This document shows positions 1 to 13,639 of a DNA stretch of 64,000 bases, piece by piece. A model generated the notes under the pieces. It made no database searches. It was not told the DNA's origin and saw only the letters and a list, made by a program, of their open reading frames with translations. The position numbers were made by a program, and so were the translations under genes. The stretch's first letter is position 1. Every line of letters starts with the position of its first letter. Origin of the DNA: Haplodiscus bocki (Eukaryota). The DNA is taken from positions 8,742,001 through 8,806,000 of the forward strand of contig OZ296659.1 in assembly GCA_965655095.1 (NCBI GenBank). Direction: 5' to 3'.

Positions 1-378
1 GTTTTTTGATTTCAGGTTTGTTATGACAATTCTTGATCAAATACAACATCGAAATGATCCTCATGAATTAATTGGAGTTATGATGCATCTTTGATCATTG
101 GTTTTTTTTCATCTATAATGAGTCTGGGTTTTATACCAGTTTCTCCAATTAGCTGACATGGCGCACTACGATTCGTCGTTGCAAGTCTGCAGCTAATTCA
201 TTTCTACCGTGGCTCGATTTGATTGCTCGTTACACACTATCAATTTAAATGACGTGGTGCATTCCTATTGGTAGCCGCGTTTTACATTAATTTCTTGAAA
301 GCGTATTTGGCGTATTTCTTTATTTGTCAAATTTTCTCAAAACCGAAATCTGATTGGCTTCCGAAAACTGCTGAGACC

Positions 379-609
379 ATGAGTATCAACGTAATAGCGA
401 ACACCATGAACGAAGATGACACTAAACGAAGCAATAGCGGAAAGCCTATAAAAAACGGCGGGAGCAACTTGGAAAACAACCTGAAACTAAACCCCCCTTC
501 ACACTTATCAGTCAAGTTTTCAACTTCAGATGTTGACTCCGAATCCAAACATTCCTCACATCAAGACAACAATAATGACGATAAATTCAATTCAGAAAAA
601 GAAATTGGC
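379..609 (+). CDS. PLSCR: Phospholipid scramblase, probable first coding exon (Asn/Ser/Asp-rich low-complexity N-terminus)
   Basis: ATG at 379 in gagaccATG context, open frame MSINVIANTMNEDD...EKEIG, phase-0 donor GGC|GTTAGT at 609/610 compatible with the phase-0 acceptor at 1397/1398. No family motif in this exon, so linkage rests on phase and position. Confidence 0.6.
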
Positions 610-844
610 GTTAGTTTTGTTCATACTTTAATGAAGTCTCCTGCTTGGGAACAAAAGTCTTCGCTGAATCCTAAAGTAACTTTGCTGAATCCCGCTCCTA
701 AAGTAACTTTTGTTAGAAAATGAAGCAAAGATTGTATCAGAATTTGATCCCACCGCATGGCAAATAAGACATCCGCTACAACCGGGATGTTTTCCGCCCT
801 CCAACTTTGTTGAAGGATTTTTATGAAATATTACCATTTATCCG

Positions 845-1127
845 CATTCTACATCAAATTTGCTGCTTTTTGGCATTTCAAATTTTGAAATCAAATTTTT
901 GAATTTTGCTTTCAAAAAAACTAACTTTTCAACGAAAATCCATATTCTACGTTTTTAAGAAACCCTACTATTTTAGTCGGGGAAATTTGCAATAATTCGA
1001 TGTAAATTTCTCAAAATCAAAATGGTCCAAATCTTGTGCAATCGTGTAGTTGACAAGTAAACGTAAAAAGACGCGCTGAGTGGATAATTTTCCTTCGATA
1101 TTTGAATATGGGCGACAAATAATAAAA
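845..1127 (+). repeat. Interspersed repeat, copy 1 (non-autonomous element); related copy at ~23780-24085
   Basis: Both copies share caagt..cgt.aaaaa..cg...gtggat.attttc.tt..ata...aatatgggc....aataataaa ends and similar internal T/A tracts. Confidence 0.6.
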
Positions 1128-1397
1128 CACTATTTTGTCGATCAACCCGAAATTTTGACTTTTTTTGTATTGGTAGAATTTTGAAATGGTTATGAATTGG
1201 CCAAAATAACTATATTTTTCTATAGTTTATGACCTTTAGGGACCATTTCTATGAAATAACAATTGATTTACAGTTCTTAGTATTGAAATGCAAAACATTC
1301 TCAAACTGAACTACCTGATTTTTAGCGATTTTTAATGTCAACTGGTGTATTCGAGTCTTATTGAAATGGATGTTTTATAAAGTGTGTGTGTGTTTAG

Positions 1398-1530
1398 AGT
1401 TTTCTAAGTGCCCTCAGACAGCCAGAGTGGGTGATTTCAGAGGGATCGATCCCGGGCTGTCCTCCTGGTTTGGAGTATCTCACTCAAGTTGATCAAATCC
1501 TCGTTCATCAGGTCGTCGAACTGCTGGAAG
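1398..1530 (+). CDS. PLSCR: Phospholipid scramblase exon 2
   Basis: Translates ...QPEWVISEGSIPGCPPGLEYLTQVDQILVHQVVELLE, the hallmark PLSCR motif CPPGLEYL..(I/V)DQ; donor G|GTTCGT at 1530. The 5' acceptor could be 1397, 1417 or 1421. Confidence 0.9.
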
Positions 1531-1967
1531 GTTCGTTATTACTTTACAATTACCACTCAAAAATATTACTCTTGATTTAGCTTCCTACTTTAACAAGAGA
1601 TGTATCTCAAACATTGCAGGGAGTCTTGAAATTATTTGCTACATGCCTTCTGGGCCGCTTTGGGGACGTGAAATTTTCCAGGAAGGCAGCCGGCAAAATT
1701 TTGTGATACCCCGAAATTTTCATACTTTCAAGCTTCGAAAATTATTCGACATGCCTCCTAAAATTGGGGGCAACGGGTATCGCTGACTCTGTTATCTCTG
1801 CGAGCGAATATCTTTAGCTTTTGTCAGAAATATTGAGTGCAGAAGATTAATAAAAGTTCAAAACTGAATTAGTTGTTGTAAAAGGTGTTCATTTGAAGCT
1901 TACAAGTATTTACAACGGAATGCATGGGAAAGTGTGAAAGGTCATTTATGCATTAGCATCGTTTCAG

Positions 1968-2122
1968 CTTTCACGGGATGGGAGACGAAGAACCGTTACG
2001 TCATCAAGAACTCAATGGGTCAGCAAATTTTTTACGCGATGGAGGAAAGTGATCTGTGCATGAGACAGTGCTGCGGACCCGCAAGAGGATTCATCATTCA
2101 CATCACAGACAATGCAGGACAG
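1968..2122 (+). CDS. PLSCR: Phospholipid scramblase exon 3
   Basis: tttcag acceptor; (A)FTGWETKNRYVIKNSMGQQIFYAMEESDLCMRQCCGPARGFIIHITDNAGQ matches the PLSCR core; phase 1 in, phase 0 out. Confidence 0.95.
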
Positions 2123-2884
2123 GTTACAAATTACTGTTCTTACTGTAATTTCGTTGGCAAAGTCTGACTTCACTTCTAAGGAGTTTCTTCTTAAAATCTT
2201 GTTCAATTTTGGGAGTTCGTTCCGAATCTATTCTTTTTTATTTTGTCAGGAGAATAATAAATTTATTAGTAATGGTTCAATAGTCACGCACCGCCTGTTT
2301 TGGATTACAAGATGGATTTTTATAGATGCCTCCCTCTTACTTTGAATATCTCAATTTTTGAAGATTTTGACACTTAAAAGGTCGGTGGCCTTATTGACAC
2401 TGCAAGGAGGCTCTGTAGCTGGAGCGTACTGATACCAGACCACATATCTTTCTATTTCTATAAACAACGGGATTGCTACACCGTATTCTCCTTTCCTGAG
2501 ATCCATGCGTCAGTACGCTTGGACCTTATTGTTTTTTTTTCAAGTGAATGGAAGATAAAACAGAAGAAAATGAGAAAAAATGAAAGATCTTAAAATAATA
2601 AACGTAACTAATTTTTCCATTTTCCCGTTACCTATTTCCTCTATTTGCCTTGATTCTTATCCCAATTAATTACCTTGGTTCTTCCTTTGTCTGATTATTG
2701 CCAATATTTTTTGAATCAATTTCTTGCAAACTTTTTGCTTTTGGAATCGTCTTTCTTTTCACATCTTCGTACTAATTTTTGTCGCATTGTCAATAGAAAA
2801 ATGTTTTGTTATCAACAAATGATGGTTAACTTGGTACAGTTTTTCAATTCAGTTAGTTTTCATTCTATTTCTGCTACCTTTTAG

Positions 2885-3036
2885 GAAGTGATGAGTGTGC
2901 GTCGTCAATTCAAATGTTGTGCGGGCTGTTGCTGGTTCGCAGCCTGTCGCAACTGTGCCTACGACGTCTCCATTGAGGCACCCCCTGGACACACTATTGC
3001 GTACGTCACTCAAAATTGCTCACCTTGGCCTCCTCG
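2885..3036 (+). CDS. PLSCR: Phospholipid scramblase exon 4 (Cys-rich palmitoylation motif)
   Basis: ttttag acceptor; EVMSVRRQFKCCAGCCWFAACRNCAYDVSIEAPPGHTIAYVTQNCSPWPP(R); donor GTAAGT, phase 2. This frame is not in the ORF track. Confidence 0.95.
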
Positions 3037-3363
3037 GTAAGTCAAGGGGAAATTTTACAGGTAGATCTTTTCTGAGAAGAATGCAAATCTCACAAAAGCG
3101 TTTTTTCCAGTGGAAAAAATGTGTTGTTTATTGTCAGTAAAATATAGTCTTACATATTTTCAAGTGAAATTGGGCAACCTCAAAATATAGTTGTATTATA
3201 TAATTGAGCCTTATAGCACATGCTTTGTCTTGATAACGCTGAGATATCTACACAAGTCTACGAATTCCCGATTGTAAATCCTCCATGAAAAAGTTCAACC
3301 ACATGAAGGATTAGAAATTTAAACCTCGTCATTAATAGAGTTGAATTTTTTTGTTTGTTTCAG

Positions 3364-3622
3364 TTACTCAGTTCACGCAGCCGATCAAGTAGTTTGTAAG
3401 AATGCCCTCACTAACGAAGGCGATAATTGTGGCGACGACATTCCCATGAAATCCCTCTCCGAGAATGGAAACGGGGCAGGGGTGGCTGGGGCGCTTGTTG
3501 ACTCCCCTTCATCGTCACCCAACAATGCACCAGAAGATGCCACCATGGGGGAACTACAGTTGTATATCCAGGGACCAATCTGCGTGTGCCAAGGTGCCTG
3601 GTGTTGCGACCAAGACTTCTCC
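3364..3622 (+). CDS. PLSCR: Phospholipid scramblase exon 5 with ~50-aa insertion
   Basis: tttcag acceptor (phase 2); YSVHAAD...ELQLYIQGPICVCQGAWCCDQDFS; donor GTTAGA phase 0. Confidence 0.9.
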
Positions 3623-6600
3623 GTTAGAATATTTAGTTGACAACATTTTTTTATGTTAAACATGATCATCAGGTCTCAAGAATTCTGATGAAATATTCCA
3701 AGACAACTGAGTGACTCTTGAAAGAAACGTAGTTTCAAATAAATCGTAAAATATGTTCGAACATTTTCTCAAAAACGCAAGGCTAGATGTCTGTTCTATT
3801 AATTTTGATAACCGTTATTTGTTGTGATCATTGGCAACTAGTTTTTTGTTGGTGATTTTTGTAGCAGCACCTGCAACGGTTGCCAATTTACCGGAGTCGA
3901 AAAGTGGTTGTTGTTTTTAGTCATCTTTGACACCCAACTAGGCGCCTATTCAAAAGCATTTTTTAAATCTAATTACACGTCAGTTTTTAACCCAAGACGA
4001 GTCCAAGGTGAAGACTTTGTATTCCGAGAAGAGTGGAAGAGTTTCATTTTGGATTTGCAAATTCATGTTCATGTGGGATTTATTCTGAGTGGCTGAGCCA
4101 AAAGTTAGTCGGTGAGTCCTTCCTTCATAAAAAACGACTGCTGAAGACGATGCGAGACTGGATATCAACGAGGATTACATATTTCATGAACCCCGAATAA
4201 AATTGAATACGAGCCATGAACCAAATTAGAGAAATGCACCCTCAGCCCACTCGTTTTTTCCTGCAGCGATGATGCTGAACCTTCAGCCGCAAGCTTAATC
4301 AGCCGACCCTTGCTTCGAAACTGTACAAAAAAGGGTCCGAAATTTTTTCCGACACTGTAACTAAATTAGGACGAAGACAATTTCTGCCATTCTCCGCAGC
4401 TCCAAAAACCCATATGTAATTGTTAATAACACTTTCAGCCGGTCACGAATCCGAAACAAGCAAAAAACACGCATTAAGGTCTCAGCGCTAGGCTCGCTGC
4501 ATGAGTTCCTCAAAAGGCAACGAAATTGTGCCATCACCTTTTAAAGAAACCTTGGTGCTTCACTGATTTGACATGGATCTAAACTTTTGAAATATATTCA
4601 AAATAGATTGTTTTTAATTTTTACCATAAAAAACATCTGAAAAAATTCAGAATGCAACTAAAACATAGTGTTTAATACATTGGAGTATCTTTGTTATTGC
4701 GGTGCCAAAAGGGCCTCATATTCAGTCCTTGATTCCACGATATAGGGCTAAAGATTCACGAACTGTTCAAAGGGCCAAAAATCCCATCCCGATTTGGAAA
4801 TTTGTCTTGTTAAAAGATTGTGTTGTGCGAAAAATCATAGGTAATATTTCGACCCTCCGTGTTACTTTGATTGAGAGTTTTGGTTCTTTTCAGATTTAAC
4901 TGCCCCAGGATGAAAAATATTGACAGAAAACGCTCAAAATTACTGAAATAGCTTGAATATCACGTTCTGCCGCAGAACGTGGCAAAAAAATTTTGCCAAC
5001 AATAATGGAGAAAAGGTTGGAATTTGCTTATTAGGTGAATCAAGAGCTTGGGCTGTTGTCAGACTCACCTTTCAGGACATAGTACTGAATTGATAGAAAA
5101 TCAAATAAGCTGAAAATAGCATGATTTTCAAGTTTTCTGCGCTAAAAAAACTCATCTAAAGCTTCATTATTCTGCGACTTCAGCCAAACCGTAAGAGGTA
5201 ATCGATTGAGTTCTTCCATTTTTTTGTCGTAAGTTTCAATTCTACTTGGACTTATCTTCCAGTAGATATTACTTCAAATTCACAGAAAATTCGGTATCCG
5301 AGGTTGTTTTGCGGAAAAACTGTTAGAAAAGTATTGACACCGTAACGAAAAGCTAGTTTATCGTCAATAAGGGTCTGATTGACGGTATACAAAATTCGTG
5401 TAGGTTGATAACCCAGGTGCCAAATTGAAAAACTTCAAATTGACAAATCTTTTTGGAATACCATTTTAATCTCATTTTTCAAGATTTTCTTTGTGTGAAA
5501 ACCCAACGAAAAAACCTCAGCAACCAATATATACAATATTTTTTTGACTTGTTTGTACGCTTGGTCAAAATGCGCGAGGAAAAGTCTTCTACCAACAACC
5601 AAAATGTTTAATATTAATTTGAACTATGCCATAGCAATCTCAGGGTCTTTATTGGACATCTTTCCTGTAAAAAGGCCTAGATTCCCATGAAAAATGTGGG
5701 AAAGAGCTAGATTTTTGATAACTGTTTTTGAAAAACCTATTGAAAAACATCGTCACCTCAACTAAAACTGCCTATCTGTCAGATTTGAGTTTTCCTGCTA
5801 TAATTGTTCAAAGTAAATTGAAATGAGAGTTTTCGAAGTGATGGGTTGGAATGTCCGAGAAACCTTGGAATTGCCCAAAAAAGCTCAAATTTCGCAGATT
5901 CAAAATTTACTCTGCGATGGAACAGAATCTTCTGGATGAAAATTTGCAAAATTTGGTCAGTTTGGACCCCTACGTGCGGAAATAAATAAACTATAAATTG
6001 AGAACTGTTGTCAAGTTGGCCGAAATTAGCTCTGTTTTCAAGTTTGTTTCGCAGAAAATTTCGCAAAAATCATCATCGTCAATCTGAAATATTGGAATGA
6101 GACAGAATTTTTGTCGAAACTGCATTGTACGTGTTGAGGGGAACATTTTGGTTTACATTTTCGTCGAAAATTGTAGTTTTTTTCGTGTTTAGTGTGAATA
6201 AATCTAGGCAGCGTTGTCCAAACTGCACTCTGCGTGCCCGGAGGAAGATCTTGGTTGCTAAGAAAACGTGAACTTGTTTTTTCCGTGTTGCCGAATTCCG
6301 GGGAGAAATGTCTAAATGCTGAGAAAGTTTTTTGCTCGCGTATTGTGTTTCGACGGAAAATAAATACTGAGAGAATGATTTCCCTTCTAAGCTGTTCACA
6401 AATACGGTACTCAAAGGGTGGCTGTAAAATGACCTTGTTTTTTGCGTAGCCATCTTGCTTTGCAAGTGTGTTGAATAAAAAAAATGAACCAAAAAAAATT
6501 TATGTCTTTTTCACTTTCATAGTATCGTCTACTTGATTTTTGACAATGAAATACTTTTCCTCAGTCAATATTTCTTCGGATTGCAAGCATCCACTGTCCA

Positions 6601-8549
6601 CTCAAAATTTTACCTTACGGCGGATCTGCAGAGAAGTTTCGTTGTCCGCTTTTATACGTTTCACGTGAAGTATCTTCAGTCGAGACCTTTTTTCTCGGCC
6701 ACCTAATCTATGTCCCGTAAACTACTGCCTGAAGCGATGATTTGAAATTCACTTGCTTTATTCCAGGTGGTGAATCTATATAACAATGAAACCTATTATT
6801 TAACTTCAAAACTGTATGGAACGTCGCTTAACCATACAAAATGGTGTCTTCAACTTTTTCCATAGCAGAGACTAACAATGTCTACTTTTGACATTTCACC
6901 CAAATTTTCAATGTTTTCTTTTGAAAATCTGCATATTGTAATAGAATTAGTCGGAATTAATGCAATCATACCGTTGTCCCATTTTTTCCAATTTTTCATG
7001 TCGCTTTTGAATTTTTTCAATTGTCGAAACTAACTTTTTCTCAAATTTAGCTAATTTTTGGCGTTTTTCGCTCAATTGCGTTGGAAGTCAACTCTCAATT
7101 TACACAACTAACGCGAATCACTAAAGTCGACAATTTTTTTTTGAATTGAAGTGATTTTTTCGATTCTATAGATTTTTCGCCTTTTTGCCTTCTTATCATC
7201 TCAGTGCCACTCGACAAAAACTGTTCAGAAAGTAAACCTAAAGAAATGCATTGAAACTTCTTGAGAGTGATTCATTCTTGAGTTTCTTTGTTGTCTTGAG
7301 TTAAAAGAACTTGCTAAACGTTCAACTTCGCGAAATTTCTGGTGTTAAGCTTTCTTATTCAGCTTTGTAGCTACAACCCAATGGCGAAGATTATAACCGG
7401 TAAAGTTTTCATGACAAACAGGGTTTGTTGCAAAAAATGCCCACAGTGTTTTCGAGTAGGCGGATTCAGCTTACATCGGGTTTTCCCAGATCTTTGGTTT
7501 TTCTGCTTTTCAAATCACTTTTTCAGCTAAATTAGCTACGAAGTTGTGAATTTTTTTAACATTTTTGAAAATGTCGTCCGGAATGGTACCTTTGGTGCTG
7601 TGCAGTTTCACATGCGGTGAACGAAAACAGCGTTATAAACTTACTTCTAGTGCAAATTTAGTTGGTTTGCCCTGCAAGCCAATTTCAACTACAAATGTAG
7701 CTTGAATCAATGCAAAAGGTGGTTTTGGGATTATTGCAATAGTCTTCGAAAAATACGGTTTTCATTGCTTTCAATTAGTTCAAAAATTCATAATTTTTTA
7801 AATAATCCGGCACTATCAGCCTCCAAGTCAATTCTGTGGCTACTAATCCATATCAAAAAGATAAAATAAATTTTTTAGCCTCCTCAGTAGATGCCTTTGA
7901 AAATGAGTTTCATTAGTGGTTTGAAGGAAGCAAAAGTCGGTAGTTCTGCGTTTTGGATGTTTATGATTTTTTTAAATCTCCCAAATCAGCTTCCAATGCT
8001 TCATCTTCTTCCAATAAATTGACAGAAATATGTGCTCGTAACAATTTTTGCATCAGTGATTGGAAATTTTTGTGTAGATATTCGACCCCGCCAAAAACAT
8101 TTTTTTCAAATTTTTTTTTGAAATTACGAGTTGTGTTGCAATTATTCACTGTTGGTTTGAAGGCCCACATAAAGGGCAAACTGCGGAAAAGACGTCATGT
8201 CCCGTTTCATACCTTCTATGCGAAATTTTCTGATCTGGAGTTTGAACATCAAAGAAATTTCATTTGCGTATCTTCGAAAAATGTTTACTTGCACCTTGTT
8301 TTTCTTGAAGAGTACTGGTTGGAATGGGGTAACTTAATAGTGCTCATTCAATAGATGTAGTATGGGGAGAGAGTGGATGAGCTGGTATGTCCCATTTCGT
8401 GCCATTCACAAGAACTTTCTTAACTTCTATTCTGAAAAGCGAATTTTTTTCCGTCATTTTTCAACCGTTTTACAGACTACTGTTTCGGTTGCGACAATCC
8501 GGCGTTCATTCAGTAGTGCATAACTTGGAGAAGTAATGAAGGAGCAGAC

Positions 8550-10050
8550 ATGCTGGGTTTCACTCATTTCATACTTTACAAGTGGATTACTTTGGGTTGT
8601 TGTTTGTTAATCGAAAAGTTGAGGGGCTCTGTAATTACTAGTTGAATGCCGGCCATCCAGTGCTCATTCGAAATTCTGCATTAGGGAAATTCTATGAAGT
8701 TGTAGATAGTTCCCCGTACGTTTCATAATTTTCATATAATCCATTTTGAGCTGTTTGGAATACGAAATATTTTTAATAGGAGCTTTTTCCTGAGTTTTCT
8801 CGAATATGCTTAGATTGCCATATCTAGTGCTCATCGAAAAACCCGCGATACAGAGTGGAAGCGAAGAGCACCGGCTGTCCTATTTCGTACGCTAAATTTC
8901 TCACCTTCTTGTTGAAGTCTTTCATATTTGTTTTTCACTGGAGATTACCGGTTGGTTTGCGGCCATCCAAGGCTTAATTTGAGTCCCGAAAAGTATGGTT
9001 CATTTGGAACAATTGCATATTCCATTTCGTTTGTAGTGAAGCCTGTTTTATTTGGAATTTGCCATGTTATAAGCTTCAGGAGATCAATTAAGCAGTTTTT
9101 GTCCGTAGGCAATTAGTCGATGCCCATCCTGACCTTCATCGCGAGTGTATGCGGAGCGCACCTGCGCTTCTGTGTTCAATTTAACTTAGGTTAAAAAGTT
9201 GACGTTCTGAATATTGAAGGAGGAGACATCGATCCATTGGACTTGGTCTTGAGTGGACATTCAAAACTCGTAAAACCAAAGCATATCAATTTTTCCGAAT
9301 AAGCGTCTTCTTGTTTTTTTTTCACTACAAAGAAAGCGTACAAAATTGGGAGTTTTTTCGATTAGTTAAGTTCTTTCATCAGACTACTGGAGATTCGCGT
9401 AATCTGTTCAGTTTTTAAATTTAGTACGGCTTCCGGAATTTATTCTTCAGAGTTGATGTGAAGAAAATATTCATCAACCACAGGAAACCTTTTACAAGGT
9501 ACAATTTGGAACCTTAACTTGACTTCCAATGAATTTAAAATTTGGAGAGAACTCGATTGTACAGTGGAGGGTGAGTTGAATTGACTTAACATTAAAAACG
9601 TCTATTTTGGATCAATTTCTGATAATTTTGAGTTCAAGAAGCTCCGAAAATATGAGCTTTGTTGCGCTCAATCAACTTATCAGGGTCTTATCGAGTATCC
9701 AGCAAATCATAATCCTTTTTCGTGATACCGTCTTTACATTTATACATCTACCGAATTTTTTGAGAAGGTATATGCCAGAATGTTTGAAATAGACTTTTTT
9801 TAGGCAGTATATGTATCCTTCCAGATAATCCCCCTACTAATTTTTTTGGCGCTGTGCGACGATTTTGTTTTCAGAAAAAGCTTGATTATGTCAATTTTTA
9901 TTGGAAAAGCTATAATTGTTCAAAAACAAGTGCTCCCATGGATATTTTGGGTATTGTGCGCGTCGCCGATTTGGGTTGTTCCTGCCTTGTTTCGCAGCAG
10001 AGCAGTGAGAGATACTGGAAACATTCACTTATTATACCAATACACAACAC
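8550..10050 (-). mobile_element. Decayed Penelope-like retroelement (RT and possible GIY-YIG tail) in scramblase intron 5
   Basis: Minus-strand fragments PILYAFFVVKK (cf. PxLYGLPKxHK), SSFNIQNVNFLT (cf. SFDVxSLFT), CLIDLLKL, GFTTNEMEYA, and SINKQ near the 3' end; many stops and frameshifts. Confidence 0.4.
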
Positions 10051-10638
10051 TGCTGAATGTTTTTGGGGAATCTTAGATGTTCATGAAATAAATTAAAGTA
10101 AAAAGGGCATTGTATTTGTTGAAGGTAAAACAACAGTACTACTAATTGAAACATAAAAGTATGCAATATCTCAATTGAAAAATAGTCTGCATTCATCCAA
10201 AAATTTGAGTTAATGTTCACATTTTGTTAGTCAGTTTTGAAAGTCTTCATTGGGAATGGAAACAACAATGTTCGCAGAAAGAAATGCCAAAATCAGGGAA
10301 AATCCAATTTTTTAAATTCTTTCATTGTGGTCACAAAGAATTCAAACATGAACATCTTTGAACTGGTTGTAATTTTAAAAAAAACTTTTGAATTTACTCC
10401 TCTGAAAAAGGCTCATTGTGCTCAGATAATGCATCTCTAAAATTTGGGCCACTGGCGTGCTTTTTCACGCGACACTATGTTTCTCTCAGTTACTTCTTTA
10501 GGGGACTGTTACGTTGAAGTGCTTTCAAAATACAATGGTTTCTGGGGCATAAATGAATCTTTTTTACAAGCTTGTCTTCAACAAATTTCAGTATGTGAGC
10601 GCAAAACAAATTGAAAGTCAAGTAGTCTGTCTTCAAAG

Positions 10639-10800
10639 GTATTGACGCGAGATGGACAGACTGAGATAGGAAAAATCTCGAAGCAGTTTTCTGGTCTCAT
10701 CAAAGAGTACTTCACTGATGCGGACAACTTCGGGATCCAATTCCCTCTTGACCTTGAAGTTAAACTCAAAGCAGCTCTAGTCGGATCCGTCTTCCTCATC
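10639..10800 (+). CDS. PLSCR: Phospholipid scramblase exon 6 (NLS-like segment, Ca2+-binding motif, C-terminal helix)
   Basis: [54 protein letters not shown]; [12 protein letters not shown] is the PLSCR1 Ca-binding motif; follows a ~7.0-kb intron; donor GTAAGT. Confidence 0.97.
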
Positions 10801-11224
10801 GTAAGTTACATGTCATTTTCATGATTTATTTTATTGATCTTCATTTGCTTCCTAATTTGAGATTGGTGATCAAAACACTCACCTTCCTATGGCTTGAAAA
10901 TTGCACCAAATTGCTCTAGATGCCCAGGACAAACTTTAAGGAGGATCTGGGAACGTTTGGGACTATTTAGAAGTAGTAGTTTAGAAATTTTCCTACTTTT
11001 AAACTTCATGTCGGCTGAAAACTGAATTCCGGAATCTTTGGAATTCCGGCCAGAAATAAGAACTGATCGAACAGTTTTTTTAAAAAACGTATGGACCGAT
11101 GGCGTACCTTTATGGGTATCAAGGAAAGTCTTTCATTTTGCTAAAGTATAATGAATAAAAATCGGAAGCCCTGTTCAATAGACACGCAGTCCGATGCTTT
11201 GAAAATATTTTTTTTTGTTTTCAG

Positions 11225-11269
11225 GATTTCATGTACTTTGAGAACGAAAGCAACAACCGAAACAGCTGA
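11225..11269 (+). CDS. PLSCR: Phospholipid scramblase terminal exon
   Basis: tttcag acceptor; DFMYFENESNNRNS-stop (PLSCR consensus IDFMFFE). Exon lengths sum to 1137 nt = 378 aa + stop. Confidence 0.93.
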   Translation, partial: DFMYFENESNNRNS

Positions 11270-11339
11270 GAGCGATGAAAAAGACTCTTACAAACTAAAA
11301 AATCTTCCCTCCTGTGGAACTCAAATGAGAGTAAAATGG

Positions 11340-11345
11340 AATAAA
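11340..11345 (+). promoter_or_regulatory. Candidate polyadenylation signal of the scramblase gene
   Basis: AATAAA ~70 nt downstream of the stop codon; the hexamer is common in this AT-rich DNA. Confidence 0.4.
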
Positions 11346-13639
11346 ATGCAATGAAATCCAGAACAGTAGCAACTGCGTCAATCAGTGAATTTAATAACTA
11401 GTTGTTAATATTTATCAAATTTATTTGAATACATAAATCTAAATACAAAAGCTGACAAAAGCTAGCGTGCAGAGTAAACTGATATATTATTGTCATTGGG
11501 CCGTTGGTGCCTATGATTTGAGGTTTCATTATTGCCTCGTCACGCAAGTGCTGGTTCTTTTTTTTAGTTTTCTTGAGAATAGTCCAGTATCTTTCTTCGA
11601 GTATCGTTTTTTACTCCTTCTGATTGAAAAGATTTTTTGTTTCAAATAATAATCTTGACTTGGTGGTAAAAATGAAGCAATGGTTTTTTTCGCCCTGCGG
11701 AAAGGGTTATTCATGATCCCATCTCAAGTAAAAAGTTTGCCCCGAATATTAGTCGGTGTTTTTTGACCCCCATTTGTTGTGAATTGCTATCTGGCGTGTC
11801 CAGAGAACTGCATTTTATAAAAGTTGCATTCAATTATTCTTCCAGCGAAATTATTTTGGCACCTTGAGACTAATTTTTTTCCGGAAAAAATCATGATTTC
11901 TCCTCCCCTTTGTTACGAGTATTACCTGCTCGTGGAAATCTATTCCCGCGAACCATACACTCATTTTTGAAATTTCTGTCATCCGTCAGTTTTACTTAAA
12001 AGCGGTTTCAATTTTTGTGCAATTACTCATGTGCATTTCTCGGAACTATTATTTCTTTTTCAAAAATTGTACAAATATTTTACAAATAATTTATCTCGAA
12101 TGGTGAATTCCATTTTGATTGTTATAGTTCTAGCATAGTTCAATTTTGACAAAACCGTTTTTTAATGATAATTAAGTTGCCTAGATTGTTCGAGTTGAAG
12201 TTGTTAGCTTCATGGATTCATTACTTTGACCCGACATTTCTGTCGGGATTAATTTGCTTACGAAATGCAATATTACTCATGCTGACATTAAATTTCAGAT
12301 TGTGGATTAGAACGGGAAGCCGAAGCCTTTTCTTGTTCAAAAGACGTTCAGTTTGTGATGTCACAGTAGAGTCTAGTGTGAAAAATGACATTTCTTGAGA
12401 CAGTTGGCCCATACTTGTTACTTTCGTTTTCTAAAATGTGCATGTTTCTGAAACAGTGGGCTATAAAATGGCATGACTCAAAATAGCGTGATTGGCAGAT
12501 CAAGATTTTGACCATGAGAATATGCCGGGTACTTGGTGGTTCTTCTAAGTGACCCAAAATAGCTGATATTAGTAAACAGAGAGTTGAAACTTCTTTCAAG
12601 TCACCTATCTTGCCTGACAATCCTCGGAATTGACAAGTTCAGATCTCATGAAAGTGTGAAAATGAAGTGGAAATTTTAGTTTCAGATAATGAAAGTTATT
12701 TCTCCGTCATGACGCACTTTTCATGTTAATTTTTGAATTGAATGTCGTAATTTCGAATGATTGACATTTCTGAAGCATTTTATTTACTAATTTCGGCAAT
12801 TTTAAGGGCTCCAAATCAAAACATGTATCGTCGTTTTTCTTGGTTTTTTAGTAGCATGAGTTTTTTGAACAAGCGCTTGATCGACAATTGCTCTCAGAAT
12901 TCTAAACGCGTCAATCACATTAGGCAACGTGGTATCATATAACTTTCTGGTTCGGCAGCTTTTCAAATTTGATTGTGATTTTGTATCATTTGCTCCTTCT
13001 GGTTCCCAGGTGTTGCCAAACCTCCACTTCGCCTCTGTGTTTTGGTAAAAGTTGACAATTTTCAATACACGTGATCAAATTTTTGAAAAACACGTGATCA
13101 TTGATCAATTCCCAGTAAAAGCTGATTGCGTGTAAATGCTCCGGTACTTTAGTGCTTTTCATGTTTGTTGGTCAATATAGGTTTTTAGTCGGCGCTCCCG
13201 AAGTAGTCATGTTTTGACTATCAGCCACTCAATTATTCGCAACTTTCGCCAATGTATCTTTTTTGGTTGTAGTGAATTACCGCTAAACCGTTTTTTTGTG
13301 TTTGCATTATGATAACACTTCCGCAAGTGTTATATCACAGTCTTTTTTCCCGATCCGCTTGCAACTCTCACAAGTTCCTACAATTTCACCAAAGAGAGGA
13401 TGGACTGTCCTAGTCTCGAACATGGGGCCTTATTCCTGCTTGAGAGTAAGTATTTTTTGAAAAATATCAAGCGACTGTAATATTATAGCGTATCTTACTT
13501 GTAATGTAGAAAATTAACTGAGTTTCTGTATACTTTTTATCAGTAGTATCGTGGCTTCTTTAAAAATCAGTTATATTTAGTCGATTTCTGAAATATTCCT
13601 TAGGCGCAAGTGCTCCGAAGCTCTTTCGCATCAGTGTTG

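Noticed and set aside
268-723. 151-aa ORF as a standalone gene
   Set aside because: It starts at TTG and is better explained as the scramblase first coding exon (ATG 379, donor 610) reading into the intron; its tail includes a short tandem duplication.
3700-8400. Short ORFs in scramblase intron 5 as nested genes
   Set aside because: No domain motifs or consistent splice structure; the sequence looks like decayed non-autonomous repeats.
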